Positions 48,117 through 62,644 of a stretch of DNA of 64,000 bases are shown piece by piece; position 1 is the first letter of the stretch, and each line of letters opens with the position of its first letter. The notes beneath the pieces were generated by a model. The model did not search any database and was not told the origin of the DNA. It worked only from the letters and a program-made list of their open reading frames with translations. This DNA comes from Octopus sinensis (Eukaryota). The stretch lies in assembly GCF_006345805.1 (NCBI RefSeq), contig NC_042999.1:107756001-107820000 (forward strand), given 5' to 3'. The position numbers were made by a program, and so were the translations under genes.

Positions 48117-48751
48117 GTGAAGGCTTAAAACACAACCGCACAAAAAAGATTTCTTTGACAACTCCAGCAGCGGGCGTAGTGGGTGCATAAACGATAAAGA
48201 GAGTAAAAAAATGCCAACTAAGTTTGCGTTTAAGAGAGAGAGAGAGAGAAAGAGGGAGATAGAGAGAGATGTATGTGCTTATATATATGGGAAGTATGTA
48301 TATATATATGTGTATGTACATACCCCACCTTATTGTACTTAGACGCCTGTCGGTCTACACCTGTTCACCAATCAACAACTTTTACCTCAATGTCATTCAC
48401 TGGGTCGTTACTCCCTCTCTCAGTTACTAATTTTCTTACATCTCCATACCTCTATTCATTTTTTATTTATATCATTTTTACGTATACGCCTTTTTTTTTT
48501 CTCAAAATATTGTTTTCTATTTTAATGTTCTAACTCTATTTCATCACACACGTACATAAACATACATACATATATACACACATAAACATACATACATACA
48601 TACATACACACACGTATTTATACACGTGTACTTGCATATACATACAAACTTATATATACTTATACACATACGTATATATGTATGCATGCATATATGTATA
48701 CATACTTGTAGTTATGTACCTCTATGTACATTTACACATGCATATATATAT

Positions 48752-48880
<129 letters not shown>

Positions 48881-48995
48881 CACGTGTGCTTGCATATACA
48901 TATAAACTTATATATACATATACACATATGTATATATGTATGCATGCATATATGTATACATACGTGTATTTATGTACCTCTATGTACATTTACAC

Positions 48996-49041
<46 letters not shown>

Positions 49042-49677
49042 TATATATATGCATGTATGTATATGTGGGTACATATATGTGTGTATGTGTATTCAAACGG
49101 TATAACATTAAAACTTTTGTGGGTGTGTACAAGTTAGTGACAGAAAGTTGTAAGAGTACTCAATTAAAATGACATGAATGAAAAAAAGTTGCTTGGTTGT
49201 AGTGATGTATTTTCCGGTGTACTGAATACCTTACTGACAAGACAAGACAAGATCGGAAGACAAGTAGAACTAAACTGTAGGCATTTCTCTGTTGTCACCA
49301 CCATCAACATCACGAGCAAGAAGACCATATTCTTTACTGTCGAGTCGTTGTCATTGCTTATTTTTATTAATGCCTTTCTCACTAATGAAATAATATCAAT
49401 AATAACAAAATAAAATTTGAAAAAAAAAAAAACCCACAGAGAAAGCAACATTACTATCACGGTGTAAAAAGTTCTGTCTAACATCATTCTTATACATAAG
49501 TATTACGTACAGGTACCGCCCCGTCTTCCTCTTAAACTCTCTCTCTCACTCTGACTGTTTGTCTCTCTCCCTCTCTCTCTCTCTTGTCTTTTCTACACCT
49601 CATTCTTTCATGTTTTTATTCTCTATTCTGTATCTCTCTCCCGATCGTTTAATCTGACTTCTTGTCCCCCGTCTCCT

Positions 49678-49714
<37 letters not shown>

Positions 49715-50313
49715 CATACACGTGTGTGTGTGTATATGTATGTGTATGTATCCGTTTCTGCTTATGCTCCTGTTACAGAAACTATTATAAACCACTCAAC
49801 GAAATACTTATACATATTCACACATGTACTCATTTTCTCATACACACACACACAGATATATATATATATTATATATTATATATATATATTATATATATAT
49901 ATATACTCACTTCCTAGCTTTTCTCCTCTTATAAAACTCTTATTCTTTCTATTTCTCCTCTCGCACACACCGACACACAGACACTGGTATGTGCATACAG
50001 TTATTTTTCTCTCTATTTCTTCCTGTCTCGCTATTTTTCGTTTCCAAGGCAGATGCAGTAGCCAACTAGTGGTTCTTGAAAGCACCTCTAGCTTCAGCCA
50101 CCGTAACACATCAGCTGCTCTCATCACCACCACTTCCCTTCCCTGACAGCGGCAAAAATAACACAGGAAAAGCACAAACAGGCCTACGCACATACTTCCC
50201 AAAACTAACAAACCTGTATGTTACTTATCTATCTATCTATCTGTCTCTCTTAAGTTTATATATATTACCCGCTCCCATCGTATCCTATTATTTTCTTTCT
50301 ATTTACAGCATAA

Positions 50314-50346
<33 letters not shown>

Positions 50347-51187
50347 ACAAGCAACCACTGCCTGTACCTATACATATACATATATATATATATATATGCA
50401 CATATACATAATCATATATATATATGTACAGGCAGGCATACAGTGAATTCTTTCGATTTCTATCTTCGTCGTTTATTCCTTCTTTTCTTCCTTCCTTCCT
50501 TCCTTCTTGCCATGCTAGCTGAATGACTGGCGCTGCTCCTCCACGCCTAGACAGATTACTGGCACCTTCTTTACCTACCTGCTGTAATCCCGTACAAGCC
50601 AAGAGAAAATCAGCAAGTGATATAAATACGGAGGGGAAAGAAAAAAAGAAAAAGAAAAAGATCTGTACACACGCAAACAGCAGCAGGCACACATACACAT
50701 ACATAAATATTTCTTACACATACCGACGCACATACAAACATAAACATTAATGTATGTGCCCGTGTTTACATACACGAAGTGAAACGGATAGATAAATTTA
50801 TATAGCAATATATGTATACGTGAATGTATGCATGTATATCTATATATATACAACTATATATGTATGCCTACATATACATAGTGTGTGTGTATGTAAATAT
50901 CTCTTGGCACCCATTAAGTGACTTTCGGAGTCGATTTATTATTATACTCTTATTACACGATATACACTCACGAGGAAAGGTAAGTTCGCTTATTTTGGAT
51001 CTTTCATTCTCGGTCGTTTTACCGTTTACTGTTGTCATATATTTTAACATGTGTACTGTTGAAACATGTAAACATGTAGCCTAAACATGAATGACTAATT
51101 CATCACAGCTATTCACTCACCATGCTTGAATAAATATACACATACACACACCCCCAACTCTTTCCCGGCCAAATTTTTATTCCTCCT

Positions 51188-51226
<39 letters not shown>

Positions 51227-51383
51227 TCTTTTGTACATTTATTACCTCATTCATGCAACAAATAAATTGAAGCTATTATTTTTTGAACTCTCAAATTTTT
51301 CAGTCATTTCATACCGGTATTTTAATTCTGTGATACACAAAACTCAGCATCACACACGTGTCTATACGTAGAAATGGGTTTGT

Positions 51384-51454
<71 letters not shown>

Positions 51455-52586
51455 GCATGCACACACCACACACGTATGTAAGTGGAAATGGTTATTGTGC
51501 TCGCTTTGGGATGAAACCACTTAGATAACAATATCCGACATAATATTTAAGCAGAGTATATAACAATACCATGAGCTTGTTCGGGACCAATTTTAATGAC
51601 AGTAATCGTTATATGTTGACTATATATTATATTTATCATAACACTACCTGTGATTGTAATGAGCGGTTCCCACTGTAATTAAATTTGTCATTCAACATAT
51701 CCGAAATTCAATTTCTTTTCTCATTGTATTGTTACAAATACAAAATAATCAAAAACTACAAAAGAAATATATGGACCAACAAGTATGCACACAAAACACA
51801 TACGCACAAGGTATATATATGTATGAATAGATGCATTTTGTGTACGTTGACACATGTGAGAAGACATGTCATTACAAAAACCTATTCGGATTGTCCGATG
51901 ATATTTCGATAAAAAAAGATTAAAAAGTTGACTCTTGTTCGGATCAACAAAAACAACAAACAAAGGTATTAAAGAGATACAAAACAAGATGCTTGTGTTT
52001 CAACTGAGTAAACGATATAAATATTTCTTTAATTCATCTTCACCTATTCTCACGCCGCAGGTTGTTGTTAACTCTTGTTTCTATGTATTATGAAATATAT
52101 ATAAAAAAAAAAAACATTTACTTTTGCGATCGTCACATACTTGCTTAAGGTCTTGTGTGTATGTGTGCGTGTTTATATATGTACGTATGTATGTATGTAT
52201 GTATGTATGTATGTATGTATGTATGTATGTATGTATGTGTATGTATGTATGTATATGTGTGTGTGTGTTTACATATATGGCTGAATGTGTATGTATGCTT
52301 ATGTGAATGTCAGTATCTATACATATGTGTATATATATATATATATTATATATATATATATATTATATATATATAATATATATATATACATACACACACA
52401 CACACAAACAACAAACGTGTATGTTATCATTATACCCTGTGTGTATATATATATACACATACAGGTTGTTTCTTTTTACTCTAAAACAGACCTTTACCGA
52501 GCAAACCTATGTATGATCAAAAGCTGTCATCCCGTCTTTTTTTAGTTATATATATATATAATATATATATATATATAATATATATA

Positions 52587-52649
<63 letters not shown>

Positions 52650-53539
52650 GCGCCTACATTATCCAAGACGACGAGTAAGGTTAGATATAGGGGATATTTG
52701 TCTGCTCTTTCTAATTTCAACCACCATATAGGCCCTTTCTCGTCGCGTTAGGAAGTACATTTGTATATTTATATATATGTATGTATATATAATTCGTTTG
52801 TTTTGATTTTGATTGTTTTTGTAAAGCCTATAAATAGGATTCTTCATAGATCTATTTATGTATATAGTAAGTATATATATTTATACTTTTCTTGCTTGAA
52901 AGTATGTTTAAAATTCTTGACGAAAGACTATTTGTTGTGAAAAGCGAAACAGGATTTTTTTTTTCTTCCTGTTGTAATTTCTGAACAAAATGTAAAATTA
53001 AATTGAATTAACCCAGACTGAAATCGGAATATGAGTGTGAAGAAAAGTCTGTTTGGCTTGAAGATAACTTGACGTTTAGTCTTCACCGGCTTGTCGCTTA
53101 CCTCTGTTGTTGCTTTCTTTAGCACCACCACCCCATGTAAACGACCCCTACGGATCAGCTCTACGATCAAAGACATTCCAGCTGTGACCGTTACATGTTT
53201 TTTTTTTTTTTTTTTTCGTATTGATATGTGAAAATGTGCTATTTAATGTGTCGCGTTTCTTTATAGTAAAGTAGGGTGTTATTTGAATGAGTTTTGGCTA
53301 CTGTTTTTACTCGATCGAGCAACCGGGTACAGGTGCACCTTCGGAAATATTCGGTTGTTTGGTACAGCGATTCTCATACTTGACATAAATAATATATTGT
53401 GTATTTGCCGTACTGACGGTTGTGTGTGTGTGTGTGGTGTGTGTGTGTGTGTGTGTATACCATTCCATCGGTAAATATAAGTTACTGGTTAGACCGAAAG
53501 CTCTACGCACTGATATCGAACTCGGAAACTATGAAACAC

Positions 53540-53830
53540 GTGGTTCCGAGTTCGGTTGCTCTGCGTGCCACCTTGGACAAGCGCAAATGTCTTCTATCTG
53601 CTATTACTTCGGGATGACCAATGCTTTTGCGTATGCAAATTGGTAGACGGAAACTGTACCGAAGCCCGTCTTTACTTGCTATGTGTCTTTGTTATGTCTG
53701 TATTTGTGTCGCTGACGTTGTGTCGTGTCTTGATGTCCCATAGTCTGGCTGTTTAACAAATAGAGATCGATAAAATAAATATTAGACTGAAATGAGTACT
53801 GCGGTCGATATAATTGATTGTGAGTCTTGG
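53540..53830 (+). mobile_element. SINE family A, diverged
   Basis: cgtggttccgagttcggttgctctgcgtgccaccttggacaag..tggtagacggaaactg..gaagcccgtc. Confidence 0.7.
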
Positions 53831-54089
53831 AGATAGTGTCCCCCGTAGGACCGCAGCCCAGTAAAAGAATACATACGTACATACATTTCTGTCTGTCTGT
53901 CTGTCTGTCTCTAATATGTATGTGTAGATATATATAGAGAGAGACATGCGCGTGCGCTCATACACATGTATATAGGCTTTACAGGCATTAGTGATTCATA
54001 CAAGCGAAATATATGATAGTTCGTGTGTATTCTTTAATGTTGCGCATATAGGTATACATATGTGAATAGATATTATGTTCGGATAAAGC

Positions 54090-54148
<59 letters not shown>

Positions 54149-54255
54149 TCATTCATATGAAACATAATAGATTATTCATATGCACACATATACACACACA
54201 TGTATGTATATGTCTGTGTGTTTGTATAGATAGATATATAGACAGACAGACAGGC

Positions 54256-54323
<68 letters not shown>

Positions 54324-54561
54324 GATAGATAGATAGATTTAGTTTAAGTGTCTGTCTGTCTGTGTGAATTAATAACCAATTCTGATTATAATCGTAGTGG
54401 GTTTTCACAATACAACACAACACCAATCTCTTTCAAATAAATTGGCAATTGTCTTGCTTCTAGCACCACTGAAGAAATTATCTATATAACTAGAGGAATA
54501 ATTACAAATTAAACGAACTTTAAAATGTTCAACCCGTATTAATCATTATATCAAACAATGC

Positions 54562-54595
<34 letters not shown>

Positions 54596-55048
54596 TTGTA
54601 TCTTTCGCGCACACTACCCTGTCGTTTATGCATGAATGTGTGACGTGTATATATATGATATAATATTATATATATATATATATATTTGATGGTATTAAGT
54701 CGTCATTTCAACCGGACTGGGATGGAACATTTAAGTTGTGCAATATACCATAAACAAGACTATTCGCTTTGGCGGATCGATTGGAAATAGCCCAGTCCCT
54801 AAGTCTCTCAGCTGATTGTTGTATCATCACTGACGGATAGTAAGTGTAAATGGAAGGCGATAGTTTCAGCATCACAACATTCCTATGCAACCAATTTGAT
54901 AAGCAGATGTGTGTGGAGAGAGAGAGAGAGAGAGAGAGAGGTGGAGATGAAAGGAGACTTTTATACAATGCACAATCTCGTATTTATCAAAACTTGACCG
55001 CGCGAGTTCGATTCTCGTTATTTCTTATTATTTGTACTAACAAATAAA

Positions 55049-55317
55049 CAGTGGCAGACTGGCCAGGTTGCCAGCTTGCCCGATGGCAAGTGGACCCCTG
55101 CGCTATTAGAATCCATATATGGGGGCCCATCCCCTTAAGTTTGAGAATTTTTTTATTCACTCCTGGAAGAATGCATTAATTATTTCAGCCTAGCTGTGTT
55201 TGTTGACAGTTGAAAAGAATACTTTTAACAAAAAAAGAATTAAATGATAGCATTGTTGTTGTGGTTGGGCCCCCTTAGTCTCCTGGCAACTAATATTTTT
55301 AGACCCAGTCCGCTACG
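55049..55317. mobile_element. hAT-like MITE with CAGTGGCGGACTGG-type termini
   Basis: Left cagtggcagactgg, right ccagtccgctacg; aataaa-like sequence on both flanks (imperfect TSD). Confidence 0.55.
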
Positions 55318-55859
55318 TAATAAATATATAAAAAATGTTATTGATTTCTATTATAAATTGAGCCTGGAAAAAAATGCTTTTGTTTTAAATTCTGGTTGTT
55401 ATTGTTTAGTCCCATGAAGTCACTGATCTAGCTGAGCTATGGGCGAAGACATTCCTGGCATGACTATCGCGTGTCTTCATTCGGGCATTGTGAACTTCTG
55501 ACCATATGTAATATGTACTTAAAAAACCGATGATGTAAGGGAGTTTTGGTTCTTGCTCTTCTTCTTGTTCTTGTTCCTGTTTTGGTTCCTGATCGAACAA
55601 GTGTAGGCTACTTCGCTGGTTCTTTTAATTTTTTTCTTTTCTTTTTAGTTTTGTTGTGACTCTCACACACATCTGTTGGGTTCTTTTCCAGTGACGCTAA
55701 AATGTGACACTTTCATTATATTTATTCAATGATAACTCTTATTTACACGCTGATGATCCCATTCTTGTTCGAGAAATTATCTCATCGGGACATCTTCCCA
55801 TCCCCAGTTATTCTTTGAGAAATGAAGTGAGGTTACTATCATCGTTATCGTGGTGGTTG

Positions 55860-56900
55860 TAGTCACCATCGTCGTCGTCATCATCATCTTCGTCACCAGC
55901 ATCATGGCATCATGGCAGTCAGTCCATCGATAGTCAATGGTGGACTGTCCATACGATATTTCGCGAATCTTAGTATCAGAAGAGAACCGATCTCCCTGAT
56001 TGGTTTCTGTCCTCAAATGTTGTCCAACTGCGGTGTATCAATATCCAGTCTGTTCATATTATGTTTAGCAGCATCTTTGTAGCTCAGTTGGAATCTACTC
56101 CGATTTCTCTTACCGCTAGATAAACTTTAAGTAGATTGTTTTATCGTGACAATTGAGTTTCCGCCATTCTTTGTACGTTTATAAATCAGTGAAGCTTTTT
56201 TGCTGGGGAGCTTGGATTTTTCTAGTTCAAGAGTGTTGATGACTTCATCTAAGTGACGTTTATGATATGTCACAAGTGTCTCACCGTGTATGCATGTAGT
56301 TATTGTTATTATTATTTGCCTGTTTTCAGTATCACATCCATACCTACAATCCAAACAACAGATGGATTAATACTGTTACTCTATAAACCTTGAACTTCTT
56401 ACGGACCAGCAAGAGGTTCTTGTTACACAGTCGCTCTTTCGACTTCCCGAATGCCGACCTGGCCTTGATTATCCTGTTATCTATTCTGCAACTGAACCTA
56501 CCGTCGTTATTGATCGTACAGCTCAGGTATATAAAATGGCTCCTACTCTTCAATAACAATAATTTTAGACGATCATTCTAGTTCCTGTGCAGGCTTGGTT
56601 GATAAAAGAACTTGAGCTTCTGGATGTTAATTTTCCAGCCAAACTTTGTAGCTACACCATCAAAAGTCACCCTCTAAGTTTTGTTTGTCTTTACTTCTGT
56701 TGAAAACACAACACAATCATCAAAAACAAACTGCATTTCTCTCGCTGATATACGTATAGTCTTAGCTTTGAGATGCGACTCCTTAAAAGTATCTGCTATG
56801 GAATACTTCCTTGATCATCGCTGAAAAAGGAAATAAGACAAACACGCAGCTCTGCTTGACCTCCACTCACTAACATCGGCGCAGAGTTACAATTCATCTG
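55860..56900 (-). mobile_element. RTE-BovB-like LINE remnant (RT C-terminal half and 3' tail)
   Basis: Reverse strand: VKQSCVF, SHLKAKT, FIYLSCTI..IDNRIIKARSAFG..KVYRVTVL, YKD; ends in gactgactgcc and gat-rich repeats. Confidence 0.8.
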
Positions 56901-59329
56901 CATGATCAAATTCTTCATACCTGCAAGTAGGGGGACTCTATGCTACAAATGAACATTAAAACAGTACACAGTGTCTTCCTTTTTCTCTTCAATGCATTTG
57001 TTTTGGATTTGTCCGAAGTCACAACACCATATTGCTTCCCACAATTTTTTATCTTTGACGAAAAGAACCATTGAGAACACACACATACACACCGTTATTC
57101 TTGTAACTCGCTTATTATTGTTAGTATTGTGAAGGTTTTTTTTCCGGCGTTGCATCTTAACAAAGAAAGTTATAGAGAAAGACGTTAAATATCTTTTTAA
57201 AAGGTGACACTTAAGATTCGCCAAATCTGGCTTTTCAAACCAGTAGAAGAATGGAAATTAGTCATATATAAACTTGTTACAAGAATAGATATTAGTCATA
57301 TATAAGTTTGTTTGAAGAAGCAGAGGTGGAATCAATAGTGGTAGTGGGCGGAGAAGCATTATCAATAAAGAATAGTTAAGCTTTAAGTTGCTTTCAATTG
57401 AAGGATTAATAGCTAAGATTTCTATCTATCATTAACATGTGGTAAACCTAATTTTGCACGTTGCTTATACGACAGACTAGGAGAAGCCTTTACATGGTAT
57501 GCTCAAGCTGTTAGAAATAGCAACCAAATTTCCCCTTAAATCATACTCTATTTAATTAAAAAAGCAAAGAGTGCATTTGATGCGATTGTCGTTGGTATGT
57601 AGTCTGAAAACAAGAGACGAAATGGTCATGCCTGCAATGACTGGTGAATGAGTGCTGACCTGTGGCTTACAAAATGAATGAAATTGTACTGCAACTTTAG
57701 ATGAGTCACTGGAATACCACCATAATAATTAAATCTATTGCATAAGACAGCGTGGCCTAGCGTTTATATATCTGACAAATTTGTCGCCACAAGGCATTGG
57801 CGAAAGGAAATGATTTTACCGGAAATTGAAGCTGACTTGTCAAGAGTTTACAAGCACTATAATGCGCAGAAAAAAAAAGAAAGAAAGAAAATTAATAACA
57901 GATATACTAAACATATTTCTTTATCCTGTCCCGAGTGGGTTCTTGTTGGCTGGTCTTGGGTGATGACTAGTCGAGGTGATGAATGAAAATGTGTTTCTTG
58001 GGCTGCGTGAAGAAATAACTGACAACGTCCGCAAACAATTAACGGAAGATTTTGTTATTATTATACATACAATTTAACTGTGTTGGACTTTTACAAATAA
58101 TAACAACGTTATACTAGGAGAAACATACTGCTTGGAGTTTACGGTAAGCTTACTGATACTCCAATTTGTGGCTGGCCCATCTTAACTGTAAACAATATTC
58201 TATATTCGTGGTAACGGAGATTCCCGTCGACTATTTGTTGTTTGTCTTAACCGTCTGGCTGTGTCGAGAATGGAAACAACTCGCAGCTGCCATAACATTC
58301 TACATGGCAAGAATCGAGACGTGTGAATGATTCGGTTAGTCTCAACGCTCTGCGAAGAGTTTAGGCGCCAAAAGCAGCTTTATATAGAGTACAAAGAGAA
58401 GATTGAATCATGCGATGACTTGACGCTGATTGACTAATTAATAGACCGATCTCGTGAAACTACTGTGGTTTGCTCGTGATGGATGTCCAGTTACCTAGCG
58501 ATTTGGCTTCGAATCACTGCTACAAGCCGCAACGTGTTAGTTAATCTTTGTATTTCTTTCTTGCATTCATTTCAGTCTAGTTGTACTCTTGCTGGGGCTG
58601 CGTCACCATACACTAATGTTTTGTGCTCATGCAAGTTCAGTCATTTCCAGTCACATATATCTGTTTTCCCTCTTTCATGCACTTCCTTTTGCTTTGGACG
58701 TAAATTAGTTTGGTGATGTTATTGGCTATTTCTTTATGCTTTTACCATTAATTTCCTTGTTCACCAAATCGACACCAAACGTTAGATATTTTTCTTTTCG
58801 ACATTTCTTTTTCTTTTATTGTTGACACTCAAGCAAAGAACACCGCGCGATGAGTATTCGATCAACTGTTCACATGTTAAAGACAAACCAACGATAGTAT
58901 AACAATTTAGTAGTTCCATATGTGTATAACTACTTGAACAGGTTCTAATTAATTAACTGCAAACTTTTTTGTTTTCCAAAAAGCAAAAAAGAAAGAAAGA
59001 CTCGTTTCCTGTTGCTTGTAATCTATTTTGTTTACAAAAGTCTGTGAAGTTTTTCCTTTCACGTTCGTTTGGTTAAAACAAACTTAATGGATGTATTGAA
59101 TAGTATTAAGTAATTATTATTATTATTTTTTTTTTACAATGATGCAAGAATTCGAATTTGTCGAAAATGAATGGGAAATGAAACGATCATTCTTGCCTTA
59201 CGGCAGCAGATTATCAACTTAGGTGAAATGTGCACTGGAACTGTGTCTTGGTCGAGGCTTGCCGAACATTTAGCAATACTTACGGGTTAACATGCAATTT
59301 ACGGTCGTAAAAAGATGGAAGCAAATTGT

Positions 59330-60455
59330 CCTAATGGTTTCTAATTTTTGGCTCAGGGTTAGCAGTTTTTGGAGGAGAGGGGAAGTCGCAAAACAACCCA
59401 GTACTTGACTGGTACTTATTTCGACTCCGAAAGAATGAAAGGCAGAGTCGACCTCTGTAAAGTTTCACCCAGAATGTAAAAACGAACGAAATATCGTTAA
59501 GCAATTTGTCCGGTGTGTTCTCGATTTAGCCAATTCGCTGCCTCGATTGTCCTAATTGAAAACATTGAAAGTAGATTGCAATGCAATAGTAACTGGAAGC
59601 GATGACAGTGACATCCCATTATTTCATGTAAACAATGACTGTGACATAACCAATATAACTTGAAAATATTATATAAGACAAAAATAATCACACTTAGCTG
59701 TGGTGTTCGTTATTGGGCTGGTGTACCCCAATTGCTACTTCTGGATTGCTTTAACATATCACTAGAAGGTACGATTCATGTAGGTGCCTCTGAGCGTGGC
59801 ATAATGAGGCAGCCCTTGGTGTTCTTATGAAATTTTGGGATGTTACTGTCATCACTTTCAGTTTATTTTCACTTTTTTACGATCATAAGCTGCATTTTAA
59901 CCTATTCATTTTTTTGAGCCTGGAGCAGTGTCTGGCAAACCAATTCATTGATTAACTGGACGATTAATCAAGCAATTGATTAATTACACGGTTAATTAGT
60001 TGACTAATAATGCCTTCAAATTTTGGCCAAAGGCCACTAATTTTAGGGTTAGAAGTAGGTCGATTATATCGACCCCAGTGATCAACTGGTACTTATTTTA
60101 TCGACTCCGAAAGGATGAAAGCGGAGTTGACTTCGGCGGAATTTGTATTAGGAACATAAAATGTCAGAAGAAATGCCGTTAAGAATTTTGTCCGATGCGC
60201 TAACGATTCTTGCCATTTCACCGCCCTGTGCAGTTGGCCAATAATCCATTCTACTATAGGCACATTTGGGGTTGGATAGGAGGTTAGTCAACTATATCGA
60301 TCCCAGTAACTCAACTAGGATTTATTTTATCAACCTCGAAAGGACAAAAGACGAAGTCGACTTCGACGACATTTGAACCCAAAACATAAAGCTCGAAAAA
60401 ATGCCGCTAACTTTTTTGTCCAATGCGCTAGCGATCCTGCCAACCCGTTGCCCTA
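59330..60455 (-). mobile_element. Three SINE family C copies (about 59330-59545, 60010-60225, 60245-60455)
   Basis: rc SINE C motifs with CpGs retained (tcgactccgaaaggatgaaag). Confidence 0.8.
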
Positions 60456-62644
60456 ATTAGTTGATTAATAATAATACGTGAAAAAAAAAAATGTGAGCTA
60501 GTGCGTTTGCTTTTGTTGACAAAATGACACTCCTATGATCTAACAGCTGTGTTCTATACGCTTTTCATAGCAAGAATTGTGCAAAACAAATACAAAAGCG
60601 AAAAATTTGAGCATTTAACCATAACTTGATGAGAAAGAAATTAGCAATAGAGGAAGTAAAACCCATTTAGGCTTCAACAGGATTCGAAATTGAGTCATGA
60701 ACATCGGTTTACTGGGAACTTACTGAGCAGTACTTGACGATTCCATGAGCACCACTGTAAACAACAATTATAAGGATTTTTTTTATTATTTTTAATATCA
60801 ATATATTTGCATATGGTATATTATTGATACATATCTTATAGACCCCGCAAAAAAAAAAAAAAAAAGCAATATCGCCACTGGTACGATTTAAAACTAAAAC
60901 CAAATGACAAAAATAAATGCTCAAAAGTATACATTCCGACACATTACCATTTTTTGCAACCCCCACCGCCTTCATAGCAACTATAATCGTGAATCAAAAA
61001 GGTTGACGGAAAATAATTTCTTACAAGCTATTGTTAAACGGTTGTCTGAAACGGAAGCAAATTATTGTAGAATGTTCTAACAAATAAAATAAACAAGCAA
61101 ACACGACTGTTTGCATGGTTTTCTACATTCTTTAGAAATACAGAAGAGTTTTGTTTTCCTGTCTGTTTTTTTTTTTTTATTTTAGAATTTACTACTTTCT
61201 TTTCATATGCCAAAATGTTTGTGTACAAGGGAAATAAAATTGGTTTCATGTTTTATTAATGTATGGTACACTGCATTTGGGTATTGGGTAGGTTTGGTTT
61301 TGGAATAGATGAATGTGTAAAGAAAGGATGTGGAATTTGGGAGAAAATGGCTAACATTTAACCGTGAATTGTAGTTTTTCGGGGAAAGAAATTGCGCCTA
61401 TAGCTATAAATGAGGAGAGTCTTTGTCATGGTAAGAAAAGCTTTTTAGCACTGCGAACGAATTGTTAGTGCGGAAAACCTGTGCGGCGTATATTTGCTGA
61501 GAAAATCAAGGGTTTTGGTGGGTTTTGAAAAATTCGTTAGCAAGCAGTTTTCAATTTTAATGCAAGTGACTGGTTTCTCACCGTTGATGTATGTGATCGT
61601 TTAACTTGTTAGAAACAGCACCGATATCCCCTTCAAAACACCCCTCCCAATGTCTTAAAGAAGGAAAAAAATATTGGATGTGTACATACACTAGCCTAAA
61701 AAAAAAGTTGGATTTGTGATGACTGTGTTCTGATAATTCTACTCAATAAGGGTTGACCTGAGGCTAAGTAGCAACGTTAACCAATGCATACATGGGGATG
61801 AGTGTATCAGAAGAGAGCTAAACTAGATCAATACACTGGGTTCAAATCTTTCTCAAGGTAAATTTTTATCTTTCATCTTTTTGGAACTTGATGCGAGGTT
61901 GCAGAGATAAAAGTAACATATCTCAGGTTCATGTAGAATGAACCGTAAATCAGAATGTTGCGCGATTTCAATTATCTCTTGGAACCTATTTACTCCATTT
62001 ACAAATTATGACCTTGAGAAATAAGCATGGGAACTTTTGTTTTGCAAAATAAGATTCCGGAGGGTAGAGTTACAAATATGTTTTGATTCTCATCTATCTT
62101 ACAAACAGAAACAAGCAAACACAATGCTTCACGTCATTACTTTAGTAGCAAATTAAAGAAAGGTCGACCGATTGTTGTCTCTGTTGCGCCAAAAAAAAAA
62201 AAAAAATGGAAGCAGGGAAAAATAACCCTAGTGCTAGTTGCCTGGCTATCTATTTGTATAGCTCTCCAGCAGAGAAAAGGTACAGAAAATGCTTGGAACT
62301 GACAATGGGCGCATCAGAGTTGCATTGAAGCTCTAGTATGCAGCTCTTACATTTAAACTTATTAAAGAATCGAGATTTATTTTACTCCTGTTAAATTTAG
62401 AACCTTTATTGTGTTGAGTTGCAATGATGGTGAAGATGACTTCTGGAAGACAAATACTATGATTAAGTTTCAGTTTTCAGTCAGCCATTTTCTTCGAAGT
62501 GTATGAGCGTCGCACCATTTACGCATTCTTCGTTTGACAATTGAAGGTTTTCATCCACTTCGCTTAGAAAATACTTTTGAGAGTAACCTAACTTCATTAG
62601 TTACTCCACCTCCACAATTATTTCGATCTTTCGATCCACAGTTG

